Below are positions 9,199 to 20,544 of a stretch of 45,856 nucleotides of DNA, piece after piece; within the stretch, counting starts at the first letter, position 1, and the number at the start of each line of letters is the position of its first letter. The position numbers and the translations under genes are program-made. The notes beneath the pieces are model-generated. The model was given only the letters and a program-made list of their open reading frames with translations, did not search any database and was not told the origin of the DNA. The stretch comes from Candidatus Hydrogenedentota bacterium (GTDB taxonomy: Bacteria > Hydrogenedentota > Hydrogenedentia > Hydrogenedentales > SLHB01): NCBI GenBank assembly GCA_034408725.1, contig JAWXCN010000015.1, forward strand, positions 1 to 45,856, written 5' to 3'.

Positions 9199-9262
9199 GG
9201 CTTCGCGCGGACTCAACGTAGTTTGCTTTGCCTGGCGCGGGTTGCGGTGATACGCTCCGGGG

Positions 9263-10957
9263 ATGGGAGAAATTAATCACCGCGTGCGGCTTGCGTTGCT
9301 GTTGGCGGTCCCATTTGTCGCGTTAATGCTGCTCGTGCCGCCGCGCGGCGATTTCCCGCTGAACGACGACTGGGTCTACGCGAAAATGGTGCAGGCGCTG
9401 GCCGAGGATGGGCACATCGGGTTCTCGCCGTTGAGCAATGCTTTCGCAATCACGCAAACGCTGTATGCAGCGCCCTTGGTCAAACTCTTCGGTTTCAGTT
9501 TTACACTGCTTCGGCTCACCACGATTTTCATGGCATGGGTCACCGTCTGCACCGTCGCGTTTACGGCGCGTGAACTTGGCCTGCCCAATCGCAGCGCGTT
9601 GCTCGCGGGGCTGACGGTGCTCGTCAATCCGTTGTTCATCAACCTGTCGTACACGTTCATGACCGATGTGCCGTTCTGCGCGTTTGCTTCGATCAGCACG
9701 TATTATTTTGTGAAGGCGCTGCGCACGCCGCTAACGCGATATTTGCTGCTTGGGACATTGTTTTCGATAGCGGCGTTTTACAATCGGCAGTTGGGGGTGT
9801 TGATTCCGTTTGCATTTGTGGCGGTCGCGCTAATGAATTGGTCGAAATCCCGTTCGTACTTCGCTATTCAATATTTTGGGGTACTCCTGGTCCCTTGGAT
9901 TTTGGCATTTGGAACTATTTTTCTTTTAAACGTGCCGGAATCCGAACAAATCGTCCCTAAATTACGTGGTGGACGTTTTTCGGGTCTGGAGCTTGTCATT
10001 TCATTTTTATTGGGTGCCGCAGCTACTTTTTTCTATATTGGAACCATGGTTGCGCCGCTTGGCTACGCAGCGAATGCAAGATTGCTTGCATTGCCGAATC
10101 GCGAGCCACGAATTTACCTAACAAAAGTGGTTTTCGCGTCATTACTACTGTCAGTTTTTGCACTGGCGTGGCTGATCGTCAGGGATTTTCAACTGGTTGT
10201 TCCAATTCTTCGGTTAAATGAGGACGTCGGCGTTGGCGTTGTTGCATTTTCTTTTTTGCGCCCCAGCGATCCACTTACGTGGCTTCCGGTACAAGTCACG
10301 TTTCGCTTGCCTCGATTGGTCCTTTTTGTCTTGTGTTTTTTGGTTTGTACACCATCTGTAATTGTCGTCACTGCAATTTTCGGGCGATTACGCTCAGGGA
10401 TTTCCATCCGCGCGATGCAGCGACAGTTTCTACTTGCTCAGAGCGGTTTGCTCATCCTACTCCCCGCATTCGCAATGACGGGGCCGTATTTTGATCGGTA
10501 TTTTTTAGGAACAATCCATGTGCTGGCCTTACTAGCCGTTACAATACTCGGATATCGGCCGCAGTCAATTCATTTGCGCGCAGCGTCATTTGTCTCGGCC
10601 ATGCTATTCGTTTTCTCGGTGGCTGGCGTTCAAGACTATATGGCTTGGAACACTGCACGATGGCAGGGAATCAAAATTCTGCGGACAAAATATGGCGCTC
10701 ACGATTATCAAATCGATGCCGGATACGAGTTCAACGGCATGTACACAAGCCAAGAGTTCATTCGTCTGTCGCGGACAGAACCATATAAGGTTGAGTACCA
10801 GAAGTGGTGGGTTGTTAACGATACCTATCGCGTTTCGCCAATACGATTGCGACCTAGACTAAACGACGAGATACTTAAGGAAGTCCCCTACTTCTCGTGG
10901 ATGGGCTTTACGACTCGTTATGTCTACCTGTACGGACCGAAGGCGGCTGAGTCCTGA
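9263..10957 (+). CDS. GT-C membrane glycosyltransferase (ArnT/PMT, GT39-like)
   Basis: DFPLNDDWVY, SYTFMTDVPF, RQ motif, FDRY, IDAGYEFNG; many TM segments. Confidence 0.85.
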   Translation: MGEINHRVRLALLLAVPFVALMLLVPPRGDFPLNDDWVYAKMVQALAEDGHIGFSPLSNAFAITQTLYAAPLVKLFGFSFTLLRLTTIFMAWVTVCTVAFTARELGLPNRSALLAGLTVLVNPLFINLSYTFMTDVPFCAFASISTYYFVKALRTPLTRYLLLGTLFSIAAFYNRQLGVLIPFAFVAVALMNWSKSRSYFAIQYFGVLLVPWILAFGTIFLLNVPESEQIVPKLRGGRFSGLELVISFLLGAAATFFYIGTMVAPLGYAANARLLALPNREPRIYLTKVVFASLLLSVFALAWLIVRDFQLVVPILRLNEDVGVGVVAFSFLRPSDPLTWLPVQVTFRLPRLVLFVLCFLVCTPSVIVVTAIFGRLRSGISIRAMQRQFLLAQSGLLILLPAFAMTGPYFDRYFLGTIHVLALLAVTILGYRPQSIHLRAASFVSAMLFVFSVAGVQDYMAWNTARWQGIKILRTKYGAHDYQIDAGYEFNGMYTSQEFIRLSRTEPYKVEYQKWWVVNDTYRVSPIRLRPRLNDEILKEVPYFSWMGFTTRYVYLYGPKAAES

Positions 10958-11040
10958 CCTAACTTCGCGCCGCAATCCAGGGCGCTTCGAGAGATAGTAG
11001 GATTTCCGCTTGAAAAAAAGAGGGCGGGGCGCCCTGCGAC

Positions 11041-11084
11041 AAACAGCCAAAGAGGCGCCTTGGGGACCGCCGCAGTCCAAATAG
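11041..11084. repeat. Half copy of family A element
   Basis: AAACAGCCAAAGAGGCGCCTTGGGGACCGCCGCAGTCCAAATAG is near-identical to the reverse complement of 8916-8959. Confidence 0.8.
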
Positions 11085-11112
11085 GCTTTTTCTCTAGATG
11101 CCGCGCCGATGA

Positions 11113-12270
<1,158 letters not shown>

Positions 12271-12303
12271 GCGCTTTCTTTTGTCTTTTACGAGGTAAGT
12301 CTA

Positions 12304-12708
12304 GTGGCATTCGAGCATATCGCAGGGTTGACGATGGATATTTTGTTGGCGGGGGCGGAATCGACCACGACCACAACGACCGCGCCGGCCGCCGCGCCGG
12401 GGGGTCAACCCGCGGCCAAGCCCTCCGACCCTTTCAGTATTATTTATATCATGATCCCGATGATTGCGGTCATGTGGTATTTCATGATCCGGCCCAACCA
12501 GAAACGCGAACGCGAACGCCAGGACATGCTCTCGAAGCTGGCCAAAGGTGACCGCGTAATTACGTCAAGCGGAATTGTGGGAAGCATAGTTGGGCTATCC
12601 GAAAAATCGGTTGTTCTGCGGGTGAGCGACGACCCGCCCGTAAAATTGGAATTTATGCGCGCGGCCGTGTCTCGCGTCGCAGCGCGCGAAGAAAACGAAT
12701 CGAAGTAG
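12304..12708 (+). CDS. yajC: Preprotein translocase subunit YajC
   Basis: WYFMIRPNQKR, LAKGDRVITSSGIVG; conserved tgt-yajC-secDF order; GAGGT SD before GTG. Confidence 0.93.
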   Translation: MAFEHIAGLTMDILLAGAESTTTTTTAPAAAPGGQPAAKPSDPFSIIYIMIPMIAVMWYFMIRPNQKRERERQDMLSKLAKGDRVITSSGIVGSIVGLSEKSVVLRVSDDPPVKLEFMRAAVSRVAAREENESK

Positions 12709-12754
12709 CCCGGATGGCCCGGCCGGGCCGCCCGCGGCGTGAGTGGAGTGAGGA

Positions 12755-15469
12755 ATGCGAAAGAACCTGTACCGCACGTTGATAATCTATCTGGTGCTCC
12801 TGATCTCGATTATCTACGTGTATCCGACGATTGGCTGGGCGACGCTTTCGCCCGAACAGCGTGAAGCGCGGCTTGCCCAGTGGGACAAGGAAGATGCGTC
12901 AACCGAAGAGCTGGGCTTTTTTGGTGAGACCAGTCGCACGGTAAAGCGGTGGATTGCGTTCGACCGCGAGTGGGTCATCAACCTTGGGCTCGACCTCCAG
13001 GGCGGCGTGGAAATGATCGTCGGTATCGACTACCCGAACATGGATCCGGCGTCCAAGCAGCGTTACTTCGACCTCGGCCACAACGACGAATCACTGCTCG
13101 CGGAATTGCAGCAGCAGGTCAAGCAGCGCATCGAGCGGCGCGCGAACGAATTCGGCACGAAAGAGCCGATCATCCAGACGATGGGCACGCGACAGATACA
13201 GATTCAGCTTCCCGGCGAAAAAGACGTGCAGCGCGCGAAGAAACTTATCATTTCGACGGCTTATCTTTCGTTTCACATTGTCGCCGGGGAGGATGACACG
13301 ATCGAGGTGATACGGAAGATCGACGCGCACTTCAAGAACGATTTTCTTCCGCGCCTTCAACGGCCCGCGCCCGGACAAGGTTGGCTGATCGAGGTGCCGG
13401 TCGAACAGTTTGAACAAGTCAACCGGATGGCGAAGGAGGCCGAAAGCGTTCCCGGCCTCATTCTCGAAGACCGCATGCTTGCGTTCAGCCGGAAGCCGCG
13501 CCCGAAAGACCGCCAAGTGTATACCTTGTACCTGCTGAAGAAAGAATCCGTCATGACGGGCGATGGCCTCACCACGGCGGTGGCGCGGCCGGATAGCCGG
13601 AGCGGCGGCGGACAATGGGAAATCGCATTTGGTCTTGACGCGGAAAGTGGGCGCCTGTTTGGAGAGCGCACCGAGCAAAACATTGATCAGGCCATGGCGA
13701 TCGTCGTAGATGGCGTTGTTGAAGCCGCGCCCAACATCCAGAGCCGGATCACCACGAGTGGATCCATAACCGGACGCTTCGACCAGGACGAAGCGCGCGA
13801 TCTCGCGATCGCGTTGAACTCGGGGTCTTTGCCCGTGCCCGTGAAAGAAGAACTGACGGGGTACGTTGGCGCGCGTTTGGGCGAAGACTCGATCCGGAAG
13901 GGCGTGTTTTCGTGCATCATCGGCATCATCATTGTTTTCATTGGCATGACCATTTACTACCATGCGCTTGGGTTCATTGCGTGTACTGCGCTGCTGTTTA
14001 ACGGACTTCTGATCCTCGCGGCGATGGCGTACATGGGCGCAACGCTTACACTACCCGGTATCGCGGGCCTGATTCTGACTTTGGGCATGGCGGTGGACGC
14101 GAACGTGCTTATTTACGAGCGCATGCGCGAAGAATTGCGGCTCGGTAAAACACTGACCGCGGTCATCGCGGGCGGCTATTCGCACGCCTTTCCCGCAATC
14201 CTTGATGGACACGTCACCACGCTGATTTCCGGCATCGTGCTGCTGCAATATGGTTCCGGTCCGATCCAGGGATTTGCCGTCACTTTGACTATCGGTATCG
14301 CGGCGAGCCTGTTCACCTCGCTTACGGTTACGCGCGCGATCACCGAATTCTTGATGGCAAAGAAGCTGCTCACCAAGATCACGATGTTGCACCTGATCCC
14401 CTCGGGCACAAAGATTCCATTTCTTGCGCAACGCACCTGGCTAACGCCGCTGACAGTGGTGTTGATGCTGATTGGGCTCGTCTATTTTGGCTATCGCGGC
14501 AACGACAACTTCGGCGTGGAATTCACGACGGGCACGAATGTGGTGCTCAACGTAAACTCGGAAACCGAAGTCGGTGACGGCGCGGTGCGCTCGCAGATTG
14601 AAGGCATGGGATTCGAAGACCCCACGGTCACGGCGTATGAACAGACGGGCGATACGTCGCGCAACCGATTCATGGTCCACGTCGGCGACGCGGAAAAGGA
14701 ATCGACGACAGGAACGGACGAGCAGCAAACAGAAGACATTTCGGTGCGGATGCAGAACGCGCTGGCCAGTTTGGCGGGCGGCGACTCATCGAAGGTGGTC
14801 ATAGAAAAAGTCGACATGGTAGGACCGGCGGTCGGGGAGGAGTTGAAGTGGGACGCGGCGTTGGCGGTGTTCTGGGCGACCATTTTCATCATGGCGTACC
14901 TATGGTTCCGCTTCGAGCTGAAATTCTCGATCGGGGCCATCGCATCGATGATGCACGACGTCGGTATCACCATCGGACTCTTGGCCATTTCGGGGCGCGA
15001 AATCTCGCTTGGCGTTGTGGCCGCGGTGCTGACGGTCATCGGTTATTCGCTCAACGACACCATCGTCGTGTTCGACCGTTTGCGCGAAGACCTCAAGTTG
15101 ACGCGCGGCCGCGGCATGAGTCTTCTCGAGATTATGGATCGCGCCATCAACGCGACCTTGAGCCGTACGCTGCTTACGAGCCCGCTCACGTTGTGCGTAG
15201 TGCTCGTGCTGTTTCTGTTTGGCGGCGCGGTGATCAACGATTTCGCGTTTGTGCTGGCGGTCGGGATCATCGTGGGCACCTATTCGTCGATCTACGTCGC
15301 GAGCCCCATCGTGTACTGGTGGCAAAAATATTTTGCGCGCAAACCGTTCACGCAGGATGGCGGCGGCGGAGACTCTGGTTCAGCCGCGCCGCGCCGGTAT
15401 CGCCGCGCGCGTAGCGCGGATTCCGCCGGTAAAGACCCGGAATCCACCGAGCGGGGCGTGACGGCCTAA
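12755..15469 (+). CDS. secDF: Fused protein translocase SecDF
   Basis: LGLDLQGG, GMAVDANVLIYERMREE (SecD part); GVEFTTG, GYSLNDTIVVFDRLRE (SecF part). Confidence 0.95.
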   Translation: MRKNLYRTLIIYLVLLISIIYVYPTIGWATLSPEQREARLAQWDKEDASTEELGFFGETSRTVKRWIAFDREWVINLGLDLQGGVEMIVGIDYPNMDPASKQRYFDLGHNDESLLAELQQQVKQRIERRANEFGTKEPIIQTMGTRQIQIQLPGEKDVQRAKKLIISTAYLSFHIVAGEDDTIEVIRKIDAHFKNDFLPRLQRPAPGQGWLIEVPVEQFEQVNRMAKEAESVPGLILEDRMLAFSRKPRPKDRQVYTLYLLKKESVMTGDGLTTAVARPDSRSGGGQWEIAFGLDAESGRLFGERTEQNIDQAMAIVVDGVVEAAPNIQSRITTSGSITGRFDQDEARDLAIALNSGSLPVPVKEELTGYVGARLGEDSIRKGVFSCIIGIIIVFIGMTIYYHALGFIACTALLFNGLLILAAMAYMGATLTLPGIAGLILTLGMAVDANVLIYERMREELRLGKTLTAVIAGGYSHAFPAILDGHVTTLISGIVLLQYGSGPIQGFAVTLTIGIAASLFTSLTVTRAITEFLMAKKLLTKITMLHLIPSGTKIPFLAQRTWLTPLTVVLMLIGLVYFGYRGNDNFGVEFTTGTNVVLNVNSETEVGDGAVRSQIEGMGFEDPTVTAYEQTGDTSRNRFMVHVGDAEKESTTGTDEQQTEDISVRMQNALASLAGGDSSKVVIEKVDMVGPAVGEELKWDAALAVFWATIFIMAYLWFRFELKFSIGAIASMMHDVGITIGLLAISGREISLGVVAAVLTVIGYSLNDTIVVFDRLREDLKLTRGRGMSLLEIMDRAINATLSRTLLTSPLTLCVVLVLFLFGGAVINDFAFVLAVGIIVGTYSSIYVASPIVYWWQKYFARKPFTQDGGGGDSGSAAPRRYRRARSADSAGKDPESTERGVTA

Positions 15470-15499
15470 GACGGCATTTTGTGGCGTCAGTAAGTATGC

Positions 15500-15532
15500 A
15501 GGGCGGCCCCGAAGTGGCCGCCCTTCGCTTTT
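15500..15532 (+). terminator. Probable terminator after secDF
   Basis: AGGGCGGCC-CCGAAGT-GGCCGCCCT followed by TCGCTTTT. Confidence 0.55.
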
Positions 15533-15604
15533 AATTGCGCGTGCGCCGCCGAATCCCATAGAGTGCGCATACACGAACGACTACGGTAAGGGAGTTTGCG
15601 GCCG

Positions 15605-16396
15605 ATGGACCGCTTGTGGCAAACGATACGCGAAGAAGTACAGGAGGACGCCAAGGAGGAATCGCTCCTTGCTAATTTTCTGTACGGGGCCGTGCTGAAT
15701 CACAAGAGTCTCGAAGACGCGATGACGTTCATGCTCGCAACGAAACTCGAGAGCACGACGATTCCGGCGATCTCGATGCGCGATCTGCTTGAGGAAGCCT
15801 TTGACAATGATCCCGGAATCGGCAAAGCCATTCGCACGGACATTCGCGCGGTGAAAGATCGGGATCCGGCATGCCGGGGATATTCAACACCCTTGCTGTA
15901 TTTCAAGGGGTTCCATGCGTTGCAGGCGTACCGCGCCGCGCATTATTTCTGGAGCCGCGAACGGTTTCACCTTGCGATGTTCTTGCAGAGCCGCGCCTCG
16001 CAGACCTTTGGCGTCGATATTCACCCCGCAGCTCGCGTGGGCTGCGGCATATTCATGGACCACGCCACCGGCATTGTGATCGGTGAAACCGCGGTTGTGG
16101 AAGACAATGTTTCGATGTTGCACGGCGTAACGCTGGGCGGCACGGGCAAGGAACGCGGCGACCGCCATCCCAAGGTGCGGCGCGGTGTGTTGATAGGCGC
16201 AAACGCGACGATTCTCGGCAACATCGACATCGGCGTCGGCGCGAAAATTGGCGCGGGTAGTCTCGTGTTGCAGGCGGTGCCGCCGCATTGCACCGCGGTG
16301 GGCGTGCCGGCCGAAATCGTCAAGGGCATTCGCACCGGACAAGCCGGCCTTGAGATGGACCACAACATCGAAATCTTTCACGGCGACGGGATTTGA
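15605..16396 (+). CDS. cysE: Serine O-acetyltransferase
   Basis: RDPAC, FKGFHALQAYR, GVDIHPAA, DHATG, GDRHPK. Confidence 0.95.
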   Translation: MDRLWQTIREEVQEDAKEESLLANFLYGAVLNHKSLEDAMTFMLATKLESTTIPAISMRDLLEEAFDNDPGIGKAIRTDIRAVKDRDPACRGYSTPLLYFKGFHALQAYRAAHYFWSRERFHLAMFLQSRASQTFGVDIHPAARVGCGIFMDHATGIVIGETAVVEDNVSMLHGVTLGGTGKERGDRHPKVRRGVLIGANATILGNIDIGVGAKIGAGSLVLQAVPPHCTAVGVPAEIVKGIRTGQAGLEMDHNIEIFHGDGI

Positions 16397-16421
16397 AAGT
16401 TTTGTTGGTTGTGACGAATAG

Positions 16422-16454
16422 AAAGCGGTAGCTGGCCGCTACCGCACTCCAAGG
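16422..16454. repeat. Single family B REP
   Basis: AAAGCGGTAGCTGGCCGCTACCGCACTCCAAGG closely matches 9171-9200. Confidence 0.75.
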
Positions 16455-16526
16455 CGAAGTTGCGCAACGCCCCGTCACACCGTATCCTATCGCAATCCAC
16501 TGTTGAGCTGACCAAGGAGCATGACT

Positions 16527-17576
16527 ATGCCGAAGTCGAGGGGCAAGTACCGTTTTTCATTTGGGCCGTGGAACATTTCGGAAGGCGCAGATCCGTTCGG
16601 GCCCGAAGTGCGCACGCACGTTTCGTTGGCAAAGAAAATGCGCATCGCCAAGGAACTCGGCTTTGACGGCATGCAGTTTCACGATGACGACGCCGTGCCG
16701 GACCTCGATTCCAAGGTTGCCTCGCAGATTGCGCGCGAAGCCAAGCGCGTAAAAAAGATGCTGGACGACGAAGGGTTGGTCGCGGAGTTCGTTGCGCCGC
16801 GGCTTTGGTTTGCGCCGGAAACCATAGACGGCGGGTACACGAATAACTCCGCGAAACTGCGCCAATACGCGATTGATCGCACGAAGACCGCGATTGAAAT
16901 TGCCAATTACTTGGACACGAATTCGATGGTAATTTGGCTGGCTCGCGAGGGCACGTACATCCGCGAAAGCAAGGTTGCGCGGAAGCAGGTGCTTCAAATT
17001 CGCGATGCGCTGAACGAATTCCTGAACTACGATTCGCGGTTGCGCATTCTCATCGAGCCAAAACCAAACGAACCAGTTGACAGCGCGATCATTTCTACCA
17101 TCGGCCACGCGGTCGGCATGAGCTATATGACTGACGACCCGGCGCGCGTCGGAGTGCTCCTCGAAACCGCGCATTCGCTGCTGGCGGGCCTCGACCCGTC
17201 GGATGACATGGGCTACGCGCTTGCGCATGACAAGTTGTGGAGCGTTCATCTCAACGATCAGGGCGGGCTTAAGTTCGATCAGGACAAATCGTTTGGTTCG
17301 AACAATCTTCGTGTCGCGTTTAACCAGATTCGGGTGCTCGAGGAATACGCATTCGGGCAAAGCGGCGAATGGATCGGGCTGGATGTGAAAGCGATGCGCA
17401 CGCAAAAACAGGAACGCGCGACGAAACACCTGTCCAATAGTTTGCAGACGTTCAAGTTTCTGCTCGACAAGGTTGTAAATATGGACCAGAAAGTTGTCAA
17501 TCAATGTATTGCCCAGCGCGACTACGATGAACTGGATCGATACATCCTCTGCCATCTGATGGGCAAACGGTATTAG
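16527..17576 (+). CDS. xylA: Xylose isomerase-like TIM-barrel protein
   Basis: FSFGPW, FHDDD, EPKPNEP, ETAH, HLNDQ, FDQD metal motifs; TTGCGC-17-TATCCT promoter at 16460-16488; AAGGAG SD. Confidence 0.8.
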   Translation: MPKSRGKYRFSFGPWNISEGADPFGPEVRTHVSLAKKMRIAKELGFDGMQFHDDDAVPDLDSKVASQIAREAKRVKKMLDDEGLVAEFVAPRLWFAPETIDGGYTNNSAKLRQYAIDRTKTAIEIANYLDTNSMVIWLAREGTYIRESKVARKQVLQIRDALNEFLNYDSRLRILIEPKPNEPVDSAIISTIGHAVGMSYMTDDPARVGVLLETAHSLLAGLDPSDDMGYALAHDKLWSVHLNDQGGLKFDQDKSFGSNNLRVAFNQIRVLEEYAFGQSGEWIGLDVKAMRTQKQERATKHLSNSLQTFKFLLDKVVNMDQKVVNQCIAQRDYDELDRYILCHLMGKRY

Positions 17577-17579
17577 CGC

Positions 17580-17647
17580 GGAGGGCGGGTTTTCCAACCT
17601 GCCATTTATAAAGACAAAACAATGGCGGGTTGGAAAACCCGCCCTCC
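17580..17647. repeat. REPIN, family C copy 1
   Basis: GGAGGGCGGGTTTTCCAACCTGCCATT ... AATGGCGGGTTGGAAAACCCGCCCTCC, 27-bp IR with one mismatch. Confidence 0.85.
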
Positions 17648-17657
17648 GGAATCGATT

Positions 17658-18749
17658 ATGATCGGCGTTTACATACATATTCCGTACTGCCGCACGATCT
17701 GTCCGTACTGCGATTTTGTGAAGCGGCCTACGAAAGGCGCGGCGCCTGCTGAATTTATCGCCGCGCTTACTCGCGAAATCAGTGCGTATAAAGGCGCACG
17801 CGATGCCGATGCGATATTTTTCGGCGGCGGCACACCCAGCCTCATTGACCCTGCATCGCTCGCGACTATTCTGTCCGTTGTGCGCAGATCGTTTGCCGTT
17901 CATGCCGAAGCTGAATTGACGCTCGAAGCCAATCCGGACGATATTACCTCGGAGCTATTGGATGCCTGGATCGATTTGGGTGTAAACCGTGTGAGCCTCG
18001 GCGTCCAAAGTTTCAACGATGCCGCGCTCCAATATCTTGGCCGCCGTCACGACGCGAATGCCGCGCGAAAGGCGTGCGAACTGGTTGCAGCGCGATTCGA
18101 AAATTGGAATGTCGACCTCATGTTCGGCGTGCCGCCGAATGATGCTTGGCGCGATTCCCTGGCGGAATGCAAGCGCATGGGTTCTCCGCACGTGTCCGCC
18201 TATGGCCTCACCTATGAAGCGGGCACGCCATTCGGGAAACGCAGCAATGAAGCAATCGACGAGGATACGTATCTTGCGCAGTACAACGATGCGCTTGAGC
18301 TGCTTACGGGCATAGAGCGGTACGAAGTTTCCAATTACGCCCGCCGCGGTTTCGAGTGCCTACACAACCTGCATTATTGGCGAAACGAGGAGTATGCAGG
18401 CTTCGGCCCCGGCGCGTATTCATTTCTCGACGGCGTTCGCGCGCGGAACCATGCAAAGCTTGAGGACTATCTTGAAACGCCGGGCGGAAAAATGGAATCG
18501 CTGGCCCTATCCGGCGACGAAGTTCGAATTGAGACAATCATCCAACACTTGCGGTTGCGCGACGGTCTTTCACGTCAGACGTACTTTCAACGATTTCAAC
18601 GTCATCTCGACGATGAGTTTGGAGAACCGCTACGCATGCTGCGCGAACGTGGTCTTGTCGTTGATGACGGAGTGGTTATTCGCCCGTCGGAGCAGGGGTT
18701 TGAACTGAACAACGAAATCGGATTGGCCCTAGTGCGCGTGCCTGCATAA
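17658..18749 (+). CDS. hemW: Radical SAM heme chaperone HemW
   Basis: GVYIHIPYCRTICPYCDF, FFGGGTPS, EANP, YEVSNYA, HNLHYW. Confidence 0.9.
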   Translation: MIGVYIHIPYCRTICPYCDFVKRPTKGAAPAEFIAALTREISAYKGARDADAIFFGGGTPSLIDPASLATILSVVRRSFAVHAEAELTLEANPDDITSELLDAWIDLGVNRVSLGVQSFNDAALQYLGRRHDANAARKACELVAARFENWNVDLMFGVPPNDAWRDSLAECKRMGSPHVSAYGLTYEAGTPFGKRSNEAIDEDTYLAQYNDALELLTGIERYEVSNYARRGFECLHNLHYWRNEEYAGFGPGAYSFLDGVRARNHAKLEDYLETPGGKMESLALSGDEVRIETIIQHLRLRDGLSRQTYFQRFQRHLDDEFGEPLRMLRERGLVVDDGVVIRPSEQGFELNNEIGLALVRVPA

Positions 18750-18767
18750 AGCGATCTCCGAGGCCAT

Positions 18768-19223
18768 TCACAATTCTTTCGTCATGAAGACGCTGTTTGG
18801 GTCTTCCCGATAGTTTGCGAAGGGCGCACACGTCATAAACCCAAATTTGAGATAGAGGCATCGGGCCGGTTCGAAGTATTCCATCGAGCCGGTTTCCAGG
18901 CTCATCCTGCGGTAGCCACGGTTTGTTGCTTCTGAGATGAGATGTTGCAAGAGCAACTCCCCGACCCCCTTTCTGAGGTGTGCGCTGGCGGTCCGCATGG
19001 ATTTGATCTCGGCGTGCGCCGCATCCAATTCCTTGAGCGCGCCACAGCCGACAAGTTCCTGCCCCTGCCACACGCTCCACAAGGTAATCTGGGGTTGGCG
19101 CAGTCCGTCGAGGTCCAACGCGTGGCAACTTTCCGGAGGGGAGACCTCCGCCAAGCTTTGAAGATGTTCCGTCAACAATGCGGCGATCTCGGGTCCGCTT
19201 AAATCATCGACTCTGATATCCAT
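18768..19223 (-). CDS. GNAT N-acetyltransferase
   Basis: SPPESCHALD, GCGALK, EIKSMRT, HLRKGVG, LETGS, LYLKFGF. Confidence 0.9.
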   Translation of the reverse strand: MDIRVDDLSGPEIAALLTEHLQSLAEVSPPESCHALDLDGLRQPQITLWSVWQGQELVGCGALKELDAAHAEIKSMRTASAHLRKGVGELLLQHLISEATNRGYRRMSLETGSMEYFEPARCLYLKFGFMTCAPFANYREDPNSVFMTKEL

Positions 19224-19277
19224 TGTTCCCGGGCCAACGTCTCGCATTACCGCTGACAGGCGAAATTGTTGTACGAC

Positions 19278-20417
19278 TTACTTCACCTTGCCCAAGTTCT
19301 TGAACAAATAGAGCCCCTGCTTTCCTGGCGCGACGATGTCTTTCCAACCGTTCTTGTCGATGTCTTCGGCCCAGAGGTAGATGCCGCTGCCGGCGTGGTC
19401 TTTGTAATCGCCGTAGTCGAGTGTGTGGCGGATGAAATCGCCGCCGTTGATTTCGTAATAATACAAACCGATGGGGTCGCGCGCGCCGGGATCGTTCCAG
19501 CCATGCGCGCGGAACCGTTTGCCCGTGACCAGTTCCAGTTCGCCGTCATTGTCGATATCCACGAGCTGTATTTCGTGGAACTGCGAACGGTTGGGCTCGA
19601 TCTCATGCCGTTCCCACGAGCGCGCGCCGTTTGCATCGGCTTTTTGTTCCCACCATTGCAGACCGTAGTCGTGGCCCATGCCGACTAGGATGTCGTTCTT
19701 GCCGTCCTTGTTGACGTCGTGCGTGAGGATCGGGCAACTCGCCATGCCGAACGCGAATTCCTTGCGCAATTCCCAATGCCCCGCATACGGGTCCGCGGGC
19801 GCCTCAAGCCAGCCGTGGCTGAGGATGATGTCCGCGCGCCCGTCGCCGTTCAGGTCACCGTAGCCGATGCCGTGGCCAGCGCCTTCTTCTAGGATTTGCG
19901 TCTCGCGAAATTGGCCGGTGCCCTTGCCGTTCGCGTCGCGGATGAGTTTGAAAATCCACACGCCGCGCGTGTTCGGGATAATTTCGACGTCGCCATCGCC
20001 GTCGATGTCATAGAAGCACGGGCGTTCGACGTTGCCGGTCTTTTTGATCTCGTGCGTGGTCCATTCAGTTGGCTGGCCCTTTGGGTTTTCGCGCCAGGCC
20101 AAGGTCTCGCCAAACCACCCGCCGGTGATGATGTCCATGTACCCGTCGCCGTTCACGTCCATCGGATAGTTCGAGAAGTCGTCGTAGTAATCGTCTTCCC
20201 GGCGGATGGAGCACACCTTGTTCTTCTTGGTGAAGCCCGGCCCTTCCCACCAATACTCGCCGCAGAAAATGTCGATGTTGCCGTCGTTATTGACGTCAAA
20301 GGCCGACGCCGCCTCGTAGATCGATTCGGCGGAAATCAGCGTGCGCTCGAACGCCAACGCTGCGTCGCCTTCTTGCGCCGCCGCGATCAGGGCGAGCCCG
20401 ATTAGTCCATGTAGCAT
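19278..20417 (-). CDS. Secreted FG-GAP/VCBS repeat protein
   Basis: Signal peptide; repeated DxNxDG..D motifs. Confidence 0.88.
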   Translation of the reverse strand: MLHGLIGLALIAAAQEGDAALAFERTLISAESIYEAASAFDVNNDGNIDIFCGEYWWEGPGFTKKNKVCSIRREDDYYDDFSNYPMDVNGDGYMDIITGGWFGETLAWRENPKGQPTEWTTHEIKKTGNVERPCFYDIDGDGDVEIIPNTRGVWIFKLIRDANGKGTGQFRETQILEEGAGHGIGYGDLNGDGRADIILSHGWLEAPADPYAGHWELRKEFAFGMASCPILTHDVNKDGKNDILVGMGHDYGLQWWEQKADANGARSWERHEIEPNRSQFHEIQLVDIDNDGELELVTGKRFRAHGWNDPGARDPIGLYYYEINGGDFIRHTLDYGDYKDHAGSGIYLWAEDIDKNGWKDIVAPGKQGLYLFKNLGKVK

Positions 20418-20544
20418 GATTTAATCTCCGGAATTCGCATATTGATCTTACAGCCCGAAGCTATCGTAACGCATTTCTACATCCAGGCGCGAATCCACGA
20501 AACTGTGTAACTCTTTCTTGTGGCGTGGTGTCTAAATTCATGCA

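Noticed and set aside
12271-12754. Secretion-monitor arrest peptide upstream of secDF
   Set aside because: The upstream gene is an ordinary yajC with no RAPP/RAGP-type end
16557-17903. Long antisense ORFs (also 1970-3115, 37138-38475 and others)
   Set aside because: Shadows of well-supported genes on the opposite strand in GC-rich DNA
20507-20535. ECF-like promoter GTAAC...GTCTAA on +
   Set aside because: 18-nt spacing and no + strand gene downstream; not supportable
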